The notes beneath the pieces were generated by a model, which did not search any database, was not told the origin of the DNA, and was given only the letters and a program-made list of their open reading frames with translations. Below are positions 1-11,514 of a DNA stretch of 64,000 nt, piece after piece (within the stretch, counting starts at the first letter, position 1; every line of letters starts with the position of its first letter). Location: contig CAJUNH010000001.1 in the NCBI GenBank assembly GCA_910587795.1, positions 246,463-310,462 of the forward strand, written 5' to 3'. Position numbers and translations under genes: made by a program. The stretch comes from an uncultured Christensenellaceae bacterium (GTDB lineage Bacteria; Bacillota; Clostridia; Christensenellales; CAG-314).

Positions 1-102
1 CGCTCCGTGGCGTTCGCTTCGCTCGGCTAAGCGGATATGTTCGCTTCACAAAACTGTATTCTACTTTGCGAAAATATCACAGACACCACGCTCGTAAAAA
101 AA

Positions 103-176
103 TGGAGCGGGTGATGGGAATCGGACCCACGCAGCCAGCTTGGAAGGCTGGTATTCTACCATTGAACTACACCCGC
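103..176 (-). tRNA. tRNA-Gly (anticodon UCC), CCA encoded
   Basis: Reverse complement reads GCGGGTG TA GTTC AATGGT AGAAT A CCAGC CTTCCAA GCTGG CTGC GTGGG TCCGATT CCCAT CACCCGC TCCA. It has a 7-bp acceptor stem, all arms pair, and the anticodon loop is CT-TCC-AA. Confidence 0.9.
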
Positions 177-193
177 ACTTCAACAGCTTTTAC

Positions 194-222
194 ATTATAA
201 CTTAATATAAACTAACTGTCAA
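194..222 (-). promoter_or_regulatory. sigma-A type promoter for tRNA-Gly
   Basis: On the minus strand: TTGACA (217-222), 17-nt spacer, TATAAT (194-199), about 17 nt upstream of the mature tRNA 5' end. Confidence 0.55.
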
Positions 223-466
223 CAATTTAACAAAGTTTTTTCAAACTTTTTTAAATATTAGCACTTATCTATTACAAATTAAACCGTTGCATAATTGGTA
301 AAATTAAACACCGCTTTTATCTTTAAGTCCGTTATCTAATCTTAAATAAAACGAAATTCTATTTGCAAAATTATTATTACAGAGTTATCGCCGTATAATA
401 TAACGATACTCAGTATAACACCTGCGGAAAAATCTAATATACAGCTTTTATTTAAACTAAAAAAAT

Positions 467-1639
467 CTACGCCAACTTGCCTTGCTTATACAATGTAATA
501 AGCAAATTTTGCATTCCGGAAAAATTGACAACTTCGACAATTGGTCTGCCGTCGTTATCGGTATTGCCCGTATCTATAATTTCCCCGGGCTTTACATAAC
601 TGCCCGATCCGTCGGGTTGCTTTTGCAGCTTTAAATATATATCGTTTAAAAAATCACCCAAATCGTCAAAATGGTGAAATTGACTATAAAAGGCTGTGTA
701 ATTACGGCGTTCGGTGTAAATAGCGTCATTAACTTTTGCCTCTAAAAGATCGTAATGCGCCTTAGAATCGGGATATAACGACACAATGTTTAATGCTGAA
801 TTAAGGCATTGAACATATGCTCCGTAACTTAGGTACGGATTATCGCTTTGCAGCAATACATAACAAGACACTATGTCCGCTTGAAATTCCTTCATTACCC
901 CCTTGGAATGTGCAATTTCGTGCGCCAAAGTATGCGGTAAATACAAATTATTTTCGTTACCGTTTACGTTAGCTTCGCCGAACGGAGCAAAAAACACTCC
1001 CGTTATATGCAATTCGCTCATAATAGTTTTGTTTATAATACGCTTACCGGATGGAGTATACGACGAAAAATACCTGTTGTCCAAACGCTTATATTCTTCT
1101 TTCATCATATCGCACAACTCTTTAAAGTTAAACGGATAGACAATATTGCCGTCGGTATCGTGTTTTGTTGCACTGAAAGTTTCGTTTGCGCGGTCAATTA
1201 TAATATTTGCAATCTCCAATGCTTCGGCATATGTTAGATCCTTAGAGCTGTATTGCGAATAGATATCAGCGGGCAAATCGTTTCGGTTATACGTCATAGA
1301 CGCTGTTGCCGTATATATATTTAAAAAAGAAAAGACGGTTATTGCCGCTATCAACAGCATAGACACTAACCGATTCCATCTGCGTTTAGCTAGAAATATT
1401 ACTAAATACACACAAAATACCACCGCAAGCACTATTGCCGCAATCAAAAACAGTTCGTAACCGCTAAAAGGCAAAACACCGAAAATATTACCGAAAACAA
1501 ATATCCATGCACGAGCAAAAGTGCTTGCAAAAAATTCGCATACGGCTTTACTTTTAGATAATAAAGTGAGCGTTACAAACAATGCAACCAAACTTAGCAA
1601 TACTATTAACTTTTTAAGTGCAGACTTACGTTCTATCAT
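467..1639 (-). CDS. DUF3810-like membrane zinc metalloprotease
   Basis: 390 aa. N-terminal TM helices plus an HEIAH (HExxH) motif in LPHTLAHEIAHSKGV, as in DUF3810 proteins. 4-nt overlap with the upstream gene's stop. Confidence 0.6.
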   Translation of the reverse strand: MIERKSALKKLIVLLSLVALFVTLTLLSKSKAVCEFFASTFARAWIFVFGNIFGVLPFSGYELFLIAAIVLAVVFCVYLVIFLAKRRWNRLVSMLLIAAITVFSFLNIYTATASMTYNRNDLPADIYSQYSSKDLTYAEALEIANIIIDRANETFSATKHDTDGNIVYPFNFKELCDMMKEEYKRLDNRYFSSYTPSGKRIINKTIMSELHITGVFFAPFGEANVNGNENNLYLPHTLAHEIAHSKGVMKEFQADIVSCYVLLQSDNPYLSYGAYVQCLNSALNIVSLYPDSKAHYDLLEAKVNDAIYTERRNYTAFYSQFHHFDDLGDFLNDIYLKLQKQPDGSGSYVKPGEIIDTGNTDNDGRPIVEVVNFSGMQNLLITLYKQGKLA

Positions 1640-3036
1640 TTACTAAACAATTCCAACTTCTTGGATATATAATCCTCTGTTCGATTTATATATGTTATTA
1701 CGTCCTTTGCATTCGCCGCTCGTTCGATTCTGTCTTCAGCCGAGAAAATCCGTTTCGATATTGCTCCGGTGCCGCACGCCATAATATTATTAATTTCTTC
1801 CATAATTCCTATATTATAGGCGCAAGCCGTATTAGGCTTGCAAAAACCGACGTTTTCCAAATTATCGCTCATATACTTTTGTCTGTACATATAATACGGA
1901 AAATATCCGTTAGAATAAAGCGTAGAATGGGCATATTCCACCATCCGCTTTACATCCAAATCGGCGCCGCAGTATTTTGCTTCTTTTAAAATACTGCCGT
2001 GTTTTAGCGCCAGAGTGTGTACAGTGATATTATCGGGATTGAGCCGTACCGCTTCGTCCAAACTGTATGCAAACATTTCTTCTGTTTCGGTAGGCAGCCC
2101 GGCAATCAAGTCCATATTAATTATAAAACCGTATTTTTGCGCAAGATCATATTTTTTGTATATCTCGTCCACGCTATGTTTGCGGCCGATAACGTCCAAA
2201 ACGCTTTGGTTAAAGCTTTGCGGATTAATGGAAATACGATGAACTCCGTGACTTTTTAGCACGTCCAGTTTATCCGCCGTTACTGTGTCGGGGCGCCCCG
2301 CCTCAACCGTATATTCGCACGGCATAAAGTCGATACAAGACATCACCATATCCAACTGCTGCGCCGTTAATGACGTTGGCGTACCGCCGCCGAAATATAC
2401 ATTTTTAATCGCTATATCATGTTCTGCCGCAAATTTAACCGTCTTACGGATATCAATGCATAAGGCGTCCAAATACGCCCCTACGTATTTTTTTAGACGA
2501 TCGATTTCTCCGCTGGTAAACGAACAATAACTGCAGCGCGACACGCAAAACGGTATTCCTATATACAAATCGGCACATTTTCCGTTTGTAACGGCAAGAT
2601 TACCTTGCTGATGCAATATATCTTCTACTAAAGATATTTTCGGTTGCGACACCTCAAACAAATTTGCAAACGTATCCTGCCAGTCCGCGCCTTCGGCAAT
2701 AAGCTGGCGGGCAAGCTTTGTAGGACGTATTCCCGTAAGACTGCCCCACGGCATACTTTTGCCGCTTATTTGCTTTAAAAGCCTATACAAGGCAATTTTT
2801 GCATATCGTTTTTTATAACGCGTATCTAAAAGTTTATTTCCGACAATACGTGCAGAAGTTTTGCAGCATATTTCGCCCATTTCGGCAGAAAACTCAAACT
2901 TACCGTCTTGCTGCGCTTCCACTACCGAAATATCTGCGGACAGAATATCATCCGCTTTCTCTACTTCGCTATAAAAAAGTTTAGCAACGTCCATCAGCTC
3001 AGTCGAATGTTGAAAATTTGTAAATATTTTTACCAT
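1636..3036 (-). CDS. hemZ: HemN/HemZ-like radical SAM protein (oxygen-independent coproporphyrinogen dehydrogenase family)
   Basis: 466 aa. Radical-SAM CxxxCxxC (CVSRCSYCSF), GGGTPT motif, HemN-type C-terminal region. Sits directly downstream of relA, as is common in Clostridia. Confidence 0.75.
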   Translation of the reverse strand: MVKIFTNFQHSTELMDVAKLFYSEVEKADDILSADISVVEAQQDGKFEFSAEMGEICCKTSARIVGNKLLDTRYKKRYAKIALYRLLKQISGKSMPWGSLTGIRPTKLARQLIAEGADWQDTFANLFEVSQPKISLVEDILHQQGNLAVTNGKCADLYIGIPFCVSRCSYCSFTSGEIDRLKKYVGAYLDALCIDIRKTVKFAAEHDIAIKNVYFGGGTPTSLTAQQLDMVMSCIDFMPCEYTVEAGRPDTVTADKLDVLKSHGVHRISINPQSFNQSVLDVIGRKHSVDEIYKKYDLAQKYGFIINMDLIAGLPTETEEMFAYSLDEAVRLNPDNITVHTLALKHGSILKEAKYCGADLDVKRMVEYAHSTLYSNGYFPYYMYRQKYMSDNLENVGFCKPNTACAYNIGIMEEINNIMACGTGAISKRIFSAEDRIERAANAKDVITYINRTEDYISKKLELFSK

Positions 3037-3038
3037 TA

Positions 3039-5231
3039 TTAACCTTTTGTACGGTACACGCTTATAACTGCAGGTATCGTTCGGATTTTGTTCATAAGCT
3101 GCAAAGCTTGATCGTGATTGGAAATTTCCACCGATAAAGTTGCAAGCGCCGAGCCTTTTTTATCCTTGCGAGCATTAATTGCAAGCAAAGGCAAATCTTC
3201 GTTTGCAACAATTTTAATTAGTTCGGCAAATATGTCGCCTTTGTCTTCCGAACGCACCTCGATAGACACAGGGAAGGTCGTGTTTGCGTCCATATTAGAC
3301 CACGCCACGTGCACCAAACGTTCTTTTTCAAGATTTTTTATAGCAGGACAATCCGCACGGTGCACGCAAACACCGCGAGCGCGGGAAATATAGCCTATAA
3401 TCTCATCGCCCGGAACAGGCGAACAGCATCTGGAAAACCGCACAAGTAAATCTTCTACGCCCTTAACAATAACCGAATTATGCCTTGTTGCGGTTTTTTT
3501 ACTGCGGCGCGACGATGTAGGCTCAGGATTAACGGTAACGGTCAAACCCTTGCTTTCGGCAATTAATTTTAACATTACTTGCTGTAACGACAAACTGCCG
3601 TAACCGACGGCAGCATACATTTCGTCGGCATTAGATATCATATAGCGCTCGCACACGGCTTGTATGCCTTTTGCAGTAAGCAATTCCGCGGCAGAAACGC
3701 CTCTATGCTTTGCGTCGCGTTCAATCATTGCCTTACCTGTACGGATATATTCGTCTTTAAGCTCGCGTTTAAAGTATTGACGGATTTTTGCTTTTGCCGA
3801 CGAAGTTTTAACAATTTTAAGCCAGTCGCGAGACGGTCCCTTAGAGTTTGAGTTTGTTAAAACCTCTACCGTATCGCCCGTAGAAAGTTCCGTTTCAAAC
3901 GGCACGATTTTATTATTGATTTTAATACCAACACACTTATTACCAACCTGACTGTGAATTGCGTAGGCAAAATCCAGCGCCGTAGCGCCAGCCGTCATAA
4001 TTTTAACATCTCCCGACGGCGTAAATACGTACACCTCGTTGGTACTGGAAATATTGCGTCTTACCATTTCCAAATACTCTGTACTGTCAACAGCATCGCG
4101 GTCTACGGAAATAACGTCCTTAACCCAACTTAGGTTTTGCTCGATAGGAGCATTGGTTTTAACTCCTTCTTTGTACTTCCAATGCGCGGCAATACCGTAT
4201 TCGGCAATTTTATGCATTTCAAAGGTTCGTATTTGAACCTCTAACGGATAGTTATGTCCTTGAAACTCGATCATAACCGTAGTATGCAGCGATTGATACA
4301 TATTCGGTTTAGGCACGGCAATATAATCTTTAAAGCGCCCGGGAATAGGCTTCCATTTAGCATGAATAGCCCCCAAAACCGCATAACAATCTTTTATCGT
4401 AGGCACTATTACCCTAACCGCAGTTAGATCGTAAATTTGATCTAGCGTACGGTTTAATTTTTTCATTTTCTTGTAAATCGAGTAAAAGTGTTTAGTCCTG
4501 CCGTAAATGTTAAATTCGTCGACGGTTTCCTCTTTTAAAGCAAGTTTAACCTCGTCGATAAATTCGTCTACTATTGCTTCGCGTTCCCTCTTTTTAAGGG
4601 CAATTCCAGAAGCAATTTCGTTATACGCCTGATTATCCAAATAGCTTAGACACAAATCTTCCAATTCGCTTTTTATTGACGAAATACCCAGTCTGCCTGC
4701 AATCGGCGCAATAATATCCAAAGTTTCCTTAGATATTTTTTGTTGTTTTTCAGGAGAAAGGTACATAAGCGAACGCATATTATGCAGACGATCCGCCAAC
4801 TTAATTAGCATTACGCGAATATCTTTTGCCATTGCAAAAAACATTTTACGTAAATTTTCCGCCTGTTCTTCTTCTCGGGAATTAAACAATATCCTATCAA
4901 GTTTTGTAACGCCGTCTACTAAGTCGGCAATTTCATCGCCGAATTGTCTGCGTAGATCGGCGTCGGTCACATACGTGTCCTCAACAGTATCGTGCAATAA
5001 TCCCGCACAAACCGCCGCTACATCCATACCCAAATCAATTAATATATCCGCAACTATCGTTGGATGCGTAATGTACGGTCTGCCGCTTGCGCGGAACTGC
5101 CCTTCGTGCGCTTTATTTGCAAGCGCAAAAGCTTCCTCTATACGCTTAACATCGGGAGTATGATAAAAATGCCTGACCTTCGATATAAAGCTTTTTACGG
5201 TAACTTCAGCCTTTTCCTGTTCTGTCTTCAT
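3039..5231 (-). CDS. relA: bifunctional (p)ppGpp synthetase/hydrolase RelA/SpoT (Rel)
   Basis: 730 aa. HD hydrolase motif (GLLHDTVEDT), RelA/SpoT synthetase core (YRSLH-type QSLHTTV), TGS and ACT regions. Confidence 0.92.
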   Translation of the reverse strand: MKTEQEKAEVTVKSFISKVRHFYHTPDVKRIEEAFALANKAHEGQFRASGRPYITHPTIVADILIDLGMDVAAVCAGLLHDTVEDTYVTDADLRRQFGDEIADLVDGVTKLDRILFNSREEEQAENLRKMFFAMAKDIRVMLIKLADRLHNMRSLMYLSPEKQQKISKETLDIIAPIAGRLGISSIKSELEDLCLSYLDNQAYNEIASGIALKKREREAIVDEFIDEVKLALKEETVDEFNIYGRTKHFYSIYKKMKKLNRTLDQIYDLTAVRVIVPTIKDCYAVLGAIHAKWKPIPGRFKDYIAVPKPNMYQSLHTTVMIEFQGHNYPLEVQIRTFEMHKIAEYGIAAHWKYKEGVKTNAPIEQNLSWVKDVISVDRDAVDSTEYLEMVRRNISSTNEVYVFTPSGDVKIMTAGATALDFAYAIHSQVGNKCVGIKINNKIVPFETELSTGDTVEVLTNSNSKGPSRDWLKIVKTSSAKAKIRQYFKRELKDEYIRTGKAMIERDAKHRGVSAAELLTAKGIQAVCERYMISNADEMYAAVGYGSLSLQQVMLKLIAESKGLTVTVNPEPTSSRRSKKTATRHNSVIVKGVEDLLVRFSRCCSPVPGDEIIGYISRARGVCVHRADCPAIKNLEKERLVHVAWSNMDANTTFPVSIEVRSEDKGDIFAELIKIVANEDLPLLAINARKDKKGSALATLSVEISNHDQALQLMNKIRTIPAVISVYRTKG

Positions 5232-5240
5232 ATATCTACC

Positions 5241-7487
5241 CTATTTACAAAAACAATTATATATAGACGAATTTGTCAAATCCCGTTTATCCGTTTGATT
5301 AAATAAAACGGTGTATTCGTCCGCAATAGTAATAAAACCCAACTGTTCAAAAACACGCAACGCAACTATATATTGTGCGTATGATATTTTACCCACCAAA
5401 TATTTGTCGTAAACGCCTTTTACGCTGTCAAACTTGCTTTTCCCCTTAACGGCTTTAAATGCAGTTAAACATATATCTCTGTTAAGCTGCAAATTATACA
5501 AGTCGGCGTTAACCCTATCGCAGCGGACATAATACGTATCAGCGGGCATTGCCCGAAATATATCCTCAGCACAAAAATACACTATATTTTCGTATTTAGA
5601 TACGTTGTATCCATTGAGAGGCGATACGGCAACGGTCTGCGACGATACGCTGTTATCAAAAAATACATCCACAAAATATTGCGAAAAATCAAACCTTTCC
5701 GCACATTCCAAATATGTATCGTAATCGTCAAAAACCGCTAAAGTACAATCTCGTTTTAGAATTTCGGCAATTTGTTTCGGCGGAGTATACTCAACAATCG
5801 ACGGAATAAAGTTTTTAAGGAGATTAAGACGGTAAAATTCGTCAAAGTTAACAGAATTATCCAAAGTAATATCTTCCAATATTCCGCAGATATTTTTTGT
5901 ATAAGCGTCCGTTTCCAAAGTAAACAAAACGTCGACGTTTGCACCGTTACGAATAAACGGAGCATACTTACCGTATTTAAAAAAACCCTTTACTTCAAGT
6001 CCGGATGACAATGTAAAAGATAGATGCGTTCCGTCTTTACCGAACGAACTGGCCGTTTTAACAACGTCACGTACGCGGCAAACAATTTTATCTTGCGGCA
6101 GCATCGGTTCTAATTTTTGCGACAGCGCCATAATATCGGTAAATTTTGTGGACGGACAAATATCTAAATCGTAATAAAAAACTTTTTCAAAACTGCTATT
6201 GTCCAATCCGTTAAGTACGTTTGACAATGCCTGACGCAATGCAACAAGATTATACTTAGAAACGGAAAATCCTACCGACGCTTTGTGTCCGCCGAATTTA
6301 ACCAAGTGTTCGGCACATTTACTGAATATATCGAATAAATCAAGCGAATCTATTCCGCGCGCAGACCCTACGTAATTATCGCCGTCCAAAGTCATAACGA
6401 TTGCAGGCAAATGGTATTTTTCTTTATAACGCGAGGCAACAATACCCAACAAACCATGCCCCCATGTATCGCTATGCAAAAAGACCATACGTTCTTTATT
6501 TATGACGTTTACGTCGCACATACCGTCCGCCTCAGCTACGATATCGTCCAACATTTTTTTACGTTCGTCGTTTAGAGACTGCAATTTATCGCATATTTTA
6601 GCGTCGACCTTATCCCGTCCCAACAAAAATTCCAATGCAACCTCGGGATGACCTACCCTTCCTGCCGCATTGATTTTAGGCACCAGCTTCATTGCCACGT
6701 CACATGCCGATAGGTTATTTTTACAATGCGACAATTCAGCAAGTTTTTGCAAACTCTTATGGTTAAAATTTGCAAGTCCCAATTTTATTATACTTCGGTT
6801 TTCGTCGCGCATAGGCATTATATCGCCTATTGTGCCGATAGCCGCAAGCGCACTGTATTTAGCCGCCGCTTCGTGTCCGGCAAGCGCTTCTACCAACTTC
6901 CAAGCTACACCCGCACCTGCAAGAAACGGACAAGCATAACCCATTTTAGGGTTTAAACAGATACAATCGGGCAACATATCGGGCAACTCGTGATGGTCGG
7001 TAACTATAACTTCCGCATCGAGTTCATCTACGATTTTCGACACCTCCGCGGCGTTGGATATACCGCAGTCCACAGTGATAACCAAGTCGTAATAATAACG
7101 CTCAAACGCCCGTATAACTTTATCGGCATGCAATCCGTATCCCTCGTCCCGCGTAGGAATCAAAACCGTATTTTCTATGCCGTTATCGGTAAAAAACAAA
7201 GACAATATACTGCTTGCTGTCAATCCGTCTGCGTCGTAGTCACCGTAAATTAAAATTTTACCGTCGGTTTCCATAACGTAAGAGATTGTTTCTACGGCTT
7301 GGCTCATATTGGGAATATCAAACGGTGAATGAAATCCGTCCGCATCGCTAAAAAAATTATCGTAATTATCCTCTGTAATCCCTCGCGCAGACAGCATCTC
7401 CGCATATTCAATTTGAAAACCTTTGCCGACCAAAAACTGAACGTCGCTGTCGTTTCCAATCGGTCGCTTAATATATCTTTGTTTCAT
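5241..7487 (-). CDS. recJ: single-stranded-DNA-specific exonuclease RecJ
   Basis: 748 aa. DHH family motifs (GDYDADG, VTDHH) and a DHHA1 region (GGHKASVG). Confidence 0.9.
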   Translation of the reverse strand: MKQRYIKRPIGNDSDVQFLVGKGFQIEYAEMLSARGITEDNYDNFFSDADGFHSPFDIPNMSQAVETISYVMETDGKILIYGDYDADGLTASSILSLFFTDNGIENTVLIPTRDEGYGLHADKVIRAFERYYYDLVITVDCGISNAAEVSKIVDELDAEVIVTDHHELPDMLPDCICLNPKMGYACPFLAGAGVAWKLVEALAGHEAAAKYSALAAIGTIGDIMPMRDENRSIIKLGLANFNHKSLQKLAELSHCKNNLSACDVAMKLVPKINAAGRVGHPEVALEFLLGRDKVDAKICDKLQSLNDERKKMLDDIVAEADGMCDVNVINKERMVFLHSDTWGHGLLGIVASRYKEKYHLPAIVMTLDGDNYVGSARGIDSLDLFDIFSKCAEHLVKFGGHKASVGFSVSKYNLVALRQALSNVLNGLDNSSFEKVFYYDLDICPSTKFTDIMALSQKLEPMLPQDKIVCRVRDVVKTASSFGKDGTHLSFTLSSGLEVKGFFKYGKYAPFIRNGANVDVLFTLETDAYTKNICGILEDITLDNSVNFDEFYRLNLLKNFIPSIVEYTPPKQIAEILKRDCTLAVFDDYDTYLECAERFDFSQYFVDVFFDNSVSSQTVAVSPLNGYNVSKYENIVYFCAEDIFRAMPADTYYVRCDRVNADLYNLQLNRDICLTAFKAVKGKSKFDSVKGVYDKYLVGKISYAQYIVALRVFEQLGFITIADEYTVLFNQTDKRDLTNSSIYNCFCK

Positions 7488-7504
7488 AATTATGTAAATT
7501 CCGT

Positions 7505-7540
7505 TTTAAAATACAACAGCCTTCTAAAACTAGAAGGCTG
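7505..7540 (-). terminator. intrinsic terminator after the secD-like gene
   Basis: Minus strand: CAGCCTTCT-AGTTTT-AGAAGGCTG hairpin followed by TTGTATTTT. Confidence 0.5.
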
Positions 7541-7564
7541 AGAAATTTGTGCAGTTAATAATGA

Positions 7565-8830
7565 TTATTTTTTTGCAACGGATTTGCCGCTAGTTTCATA
7601 AAACGGTTCAATAACAACTTGTGCAAACAATCTGTTAAGACCGAACGTAGCCGCAAAAGAAAGAATTGCGCCGAATACAAGTACCGTACCCATAGGCGCC
7701 GTAACCGCTGTTGGTATAACCCACAAAATTATACCAAGAACCAAAAATGCACCGTGAGCTATAAGGCTTATAATGTTTGTAGATTTAAATCCTTGATAAG
7801 CCGCAGCAGCAAACGTTTTTTCGGCTGCCTTTGCACGTATACGTTCGAAAGTAAATATCGTAAAGAAAGTCATAAACGCATATGCAAGCACAACGCCTAT
7901 TGCCGCAAACAAGTTGAAGATCGACATATAAATCAATGCCAACGAATACATAAACAATACTACAGCAATAAGCTGAGATAAGATACCCGCAATTCCCAAC
8001 GTCTTGTAACGTACTGCAAAAAATACAAACGTAGCCAAAACTGCAACGCCCATAATTACGGCGAATAACCATCCCAACGTATTATTCACGTCTACGATAT
8101 CCAAACGCGTTAATGTGGCGTTAAGCGAGCCGGTCCTGATAACGCTTGCCAAAAATCTACTGCTGTCCTGATTCGAACCGTAAATTTGGAATTGTCCGTT
8201 TTGATAAGTAGCCGCAAAAACGATAGTTTCATCCACGGCATAGCAATACATCGTACCGTCGACCAATTTTGCTTCTTTAACCAACTCTGCGCCTTCACCG
8301 GTAAGTTTAGCCTGACAAATATAATACGTATAGCCGTTATTAGAATAGTTGCGTGTCGTAGCGCCGCGAAGATGCTCTCTTGTAAGAACAACGGCTTTTT
8401 CGTCATAACTTGGTTTCTCGCCTGTATTAGGATATACCGTACTTAAAATTTCAAGCTTACCTTGCTGAGTAATGCTAGACAAAATACTATCGGCGTTAGC
8501 TTTGCGTGTATCTGCCGTTTGGGGCATATTTATAGTGACAACACCGTCTTTTTCGGTAATGTCTACACTGTAATATCCGTATACTTTTTCCAGTCTGCTT
8601 TTAAGAACGCTTTTAACGTGATTAAAATCCGTACCTTCGTCTAACTTAAGTTGATAAGTAGCCTCGACGTAATCGCCGAACATACTGCTTTTTTGAATTA
8701 ATGTATAAGGTGAATAAAATTTATTATATTCGCCGAATTCCAGTCCATCAGGAATAAACGCAAATATGCCGAAAAACAGTACTACTACCGTTATAAGGCA
8801 TAATAATACGATGGACGTCTTCTTTGTCAT
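7565..8830 (-). CDS. secD: SecD-like protein-export membrane protein (half-transporter size)
   Basis: 421 aa. N-terminal TM, large extracytoplasmic domain, then 5 C-terminal TMs. SecD-type motifs: RTGSLNATL...NTLG, RYKTLGIAG, FERIR. Confidence 0.65.
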   Translation of the reverse strand: MTKKTSIVLLCLITVVVLFFGIFAFIPDGLEFGEYNKFYSPYTLIQKSSMFGDYVEATYQLKLDEGTDFNHVKSVLKSRLEKVYGYYSVDITEKDGVVTINMPQTADTRKANADSILSSITQQGKLEILSTVYPNTGEKPSYDEKAVVLTREHLRGATTRNYSNNGYTYYICQAKLTGEGAELVKEAKLVDGTMYCYAVDETIVFAATYQNGQFQIYGSNQDSSRFLASVIRTGSLNATLTRLDIVDVNNTLGWLFAVIMGVAVLATFVFFAVRYKTLGIAGILSQLIAVVLFMYSLALIYMSIFNLFAAIGVVLAYAFMTFFTIFTFERIRAKAAEKTFAAAAYQGFKSTNIISLIAHGAFLVLGIILWVIPTAVTAPMGTVLVFGAILSFAATFGLNRLFAQVVIEPFYETSGKSVAKK

Positions 8831-8867
8831 TGTGAGCCTCCTTGACTTTGCCTAACTTAACCATTAT

Positions 8868-8896
8868 ATTATAATGGCACTTGTTAAAATAGTCAA
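8868..8896 (-). promoter_or_regulatory. sigma-A type promoter upstream of the secD-like gene
   Basis: Minus strand: TTGACT (8891-8896), 17 nt, TATAAT (8868-8873). Confidence 0.5.
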
Positions 8897-9101
8897 TTAC
8901 TTTTAATCTTTTTTTCGAGAGAGACAGTAAAGATAAGGTCAATTTTGCAATTTTTTTAATATTATCTAAAAAAACAAAACGATAAATTAACTATATTATA
9001 ATATATAAATCAAAAAAGCGGACTTAAATAAAACAATGCGCACCTCAATAATTTCGGTTATTGAAGTACGCATCAAATTAACAGTCCGCCTTATTAAATT
9101 T

Positions 9102-9476
9102 TTATGCCGCTTTGCGACTTTTGATCAGCGCCACAACTACTGCCGCAACCAACGCCAAACCCAAGTCCAATGCAATTTGCGCAATATTGAATTGTCCGCC
9201 CATAACGGCAAACACAGCAAAAGACAACAACCAGAAAATCACTGCGCCGATTACCGCTTTAAGTAAAAACTTTTCGTCCTTGACGGAAATTAACGTGCCG
9301 ACGACAATGGCAATTACTTTTAAAACTTGATTTACAATAGGCAAAGCTTTATCGCCGATATTACACAATTTTGCAATTAAAGCCAACACTAACACGCCTA
9401 TACAGGAAAATACAAACGACAGTAAACCCGCTTTAAGCGATTGCAGAACTAAAGATTTTTTAACGCTCGCTTCCAT
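9102..9476 (-). CDS. small 4-TM membrane protein (TIGR04086/YrzE-like, tentative)
   Basis: Hydrophobic protein of about 124 aa. Start moved to the second ATG (MEASVKK), preceded by GGAGGTG. Sits next to yajC, where this family is commonly found. Confidence 0.4.
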   Translation of the reverse strand: MEASVKKSLVLQSLKAGLLSFVFSCIGVLVLALIAKLCNIGDKALPIVNQVLKVIAIVVGTLISVKDEKFLLKAVIGAVIFWLLSFAVFAVMGGQFNIAQIALDLGLALVAAVVVALIKSRKAA

Positions 9477-9528
9477 ATAAAAAACACCTCCAAACATAAT
9501 AAATTATATTCAAAGGTGTTTGTATTTA

Positions 9529-9915
9529 TTACTTAATTTCGTCTATTTCCTCGCCTTGTTCCTTCTCGGCTTTTTCCGCCGCTACCGCCTCGGGAGAACC
9601 GGGAGCAGGCTCTATGGAATGAATTGCTTGACGGACAAATTGCATTATACATTTTCCGTCGCCGCTGCCGGTTTGCAGCCAAACAAACTTTTCGTTAATC
9701 TCCACAACTTCGCCGACAATACCGCCGATAGTCGTTACAATACTGCCCAAGCCTAATTTTGACATCATTTCTTCGTTACGCTTTTTTTGTTTACGTTGCG
9801 GTATGATCATCATCAAAACCATACCTACAATAAGTACGCCTGCAACAACCCACATTATCCAACCGTTATTTTTTGCAGCTTCTTCTTCGAAAAAGCCAAG
9901 TAAATTTAGTAACAT
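9529..9915 (-). CDS. yajC: preprotein translocase subunit YajC
   Basis: PQRKQKKRNEEMMSKL...GDxVxTxGGIxGxV motif. Start moved to MLLNLL, preceded by AAAGGAGGATACATA. Confidence 0.85.
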   Translation of the reverse strand: MLLNLLGFFEEEAAKNNGWIMWVVAGVLIVGMVLMMIIPQRKQKKRNEEMMSKLGLGSIVTTIGGIVGEVVEINEKFVWLQTGSGDGKCIMQFVRQAIHSIEPAPGSPEAVAAEKAEKEQGEEIDEIK

Positions 9916-10070
9916 TATGTATCCTCCTTTAGGACTGCTCCTCTTTTTTAACAGACAAATATTGCACTCTGTCCGCAAAACCGAAATTTATTATTAATTT
10001 ATTATACAGTATTTTTTTTCAAAATGCAATACAATTACAAATAAAGTATTCCGTGCAAATAAAAATATAT

Positions 10071-11195
<1,125 letters not shown>

Positions 11196-11514
11196 TTAAA
11201 TTTATATCGTTATCGTAAACCCCTTTTTTATAAAAATGCAGGAGTATTACAGAAAAGCAAACGTCCGTTAATTTTATATATCTAATTATTTGAAGTCGAG
11301 CTGCTGCCTATAATTAAAAACTTGCAACGCTGTTAAAATAAGAAAAAGCAAATTCAATCTTTGCATCGCATTTTGTTTTGCCTGTTAATGACAATAAATA
11401 CTATGGTTCGGTATATTTACAGGAAATAAGATTTTTTAATTTATAATTTCGGCACTTAAATCACTCGTTTGCAAGCAGTATTTTTTGTCAAACACAAACT
11501 ATATTTTTACAACT

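Noticed and set aside
1-100. GC-richer, partly self-complementary sequence at the window edge (CGCTCCGTGGCGTTCGCTTCGCTCGGCTAAGCGG...)
   Set aside because: It is truncated by the window boundary. It does not fold into a tRNA and matches no motif I can name, so it cannot be assigned.
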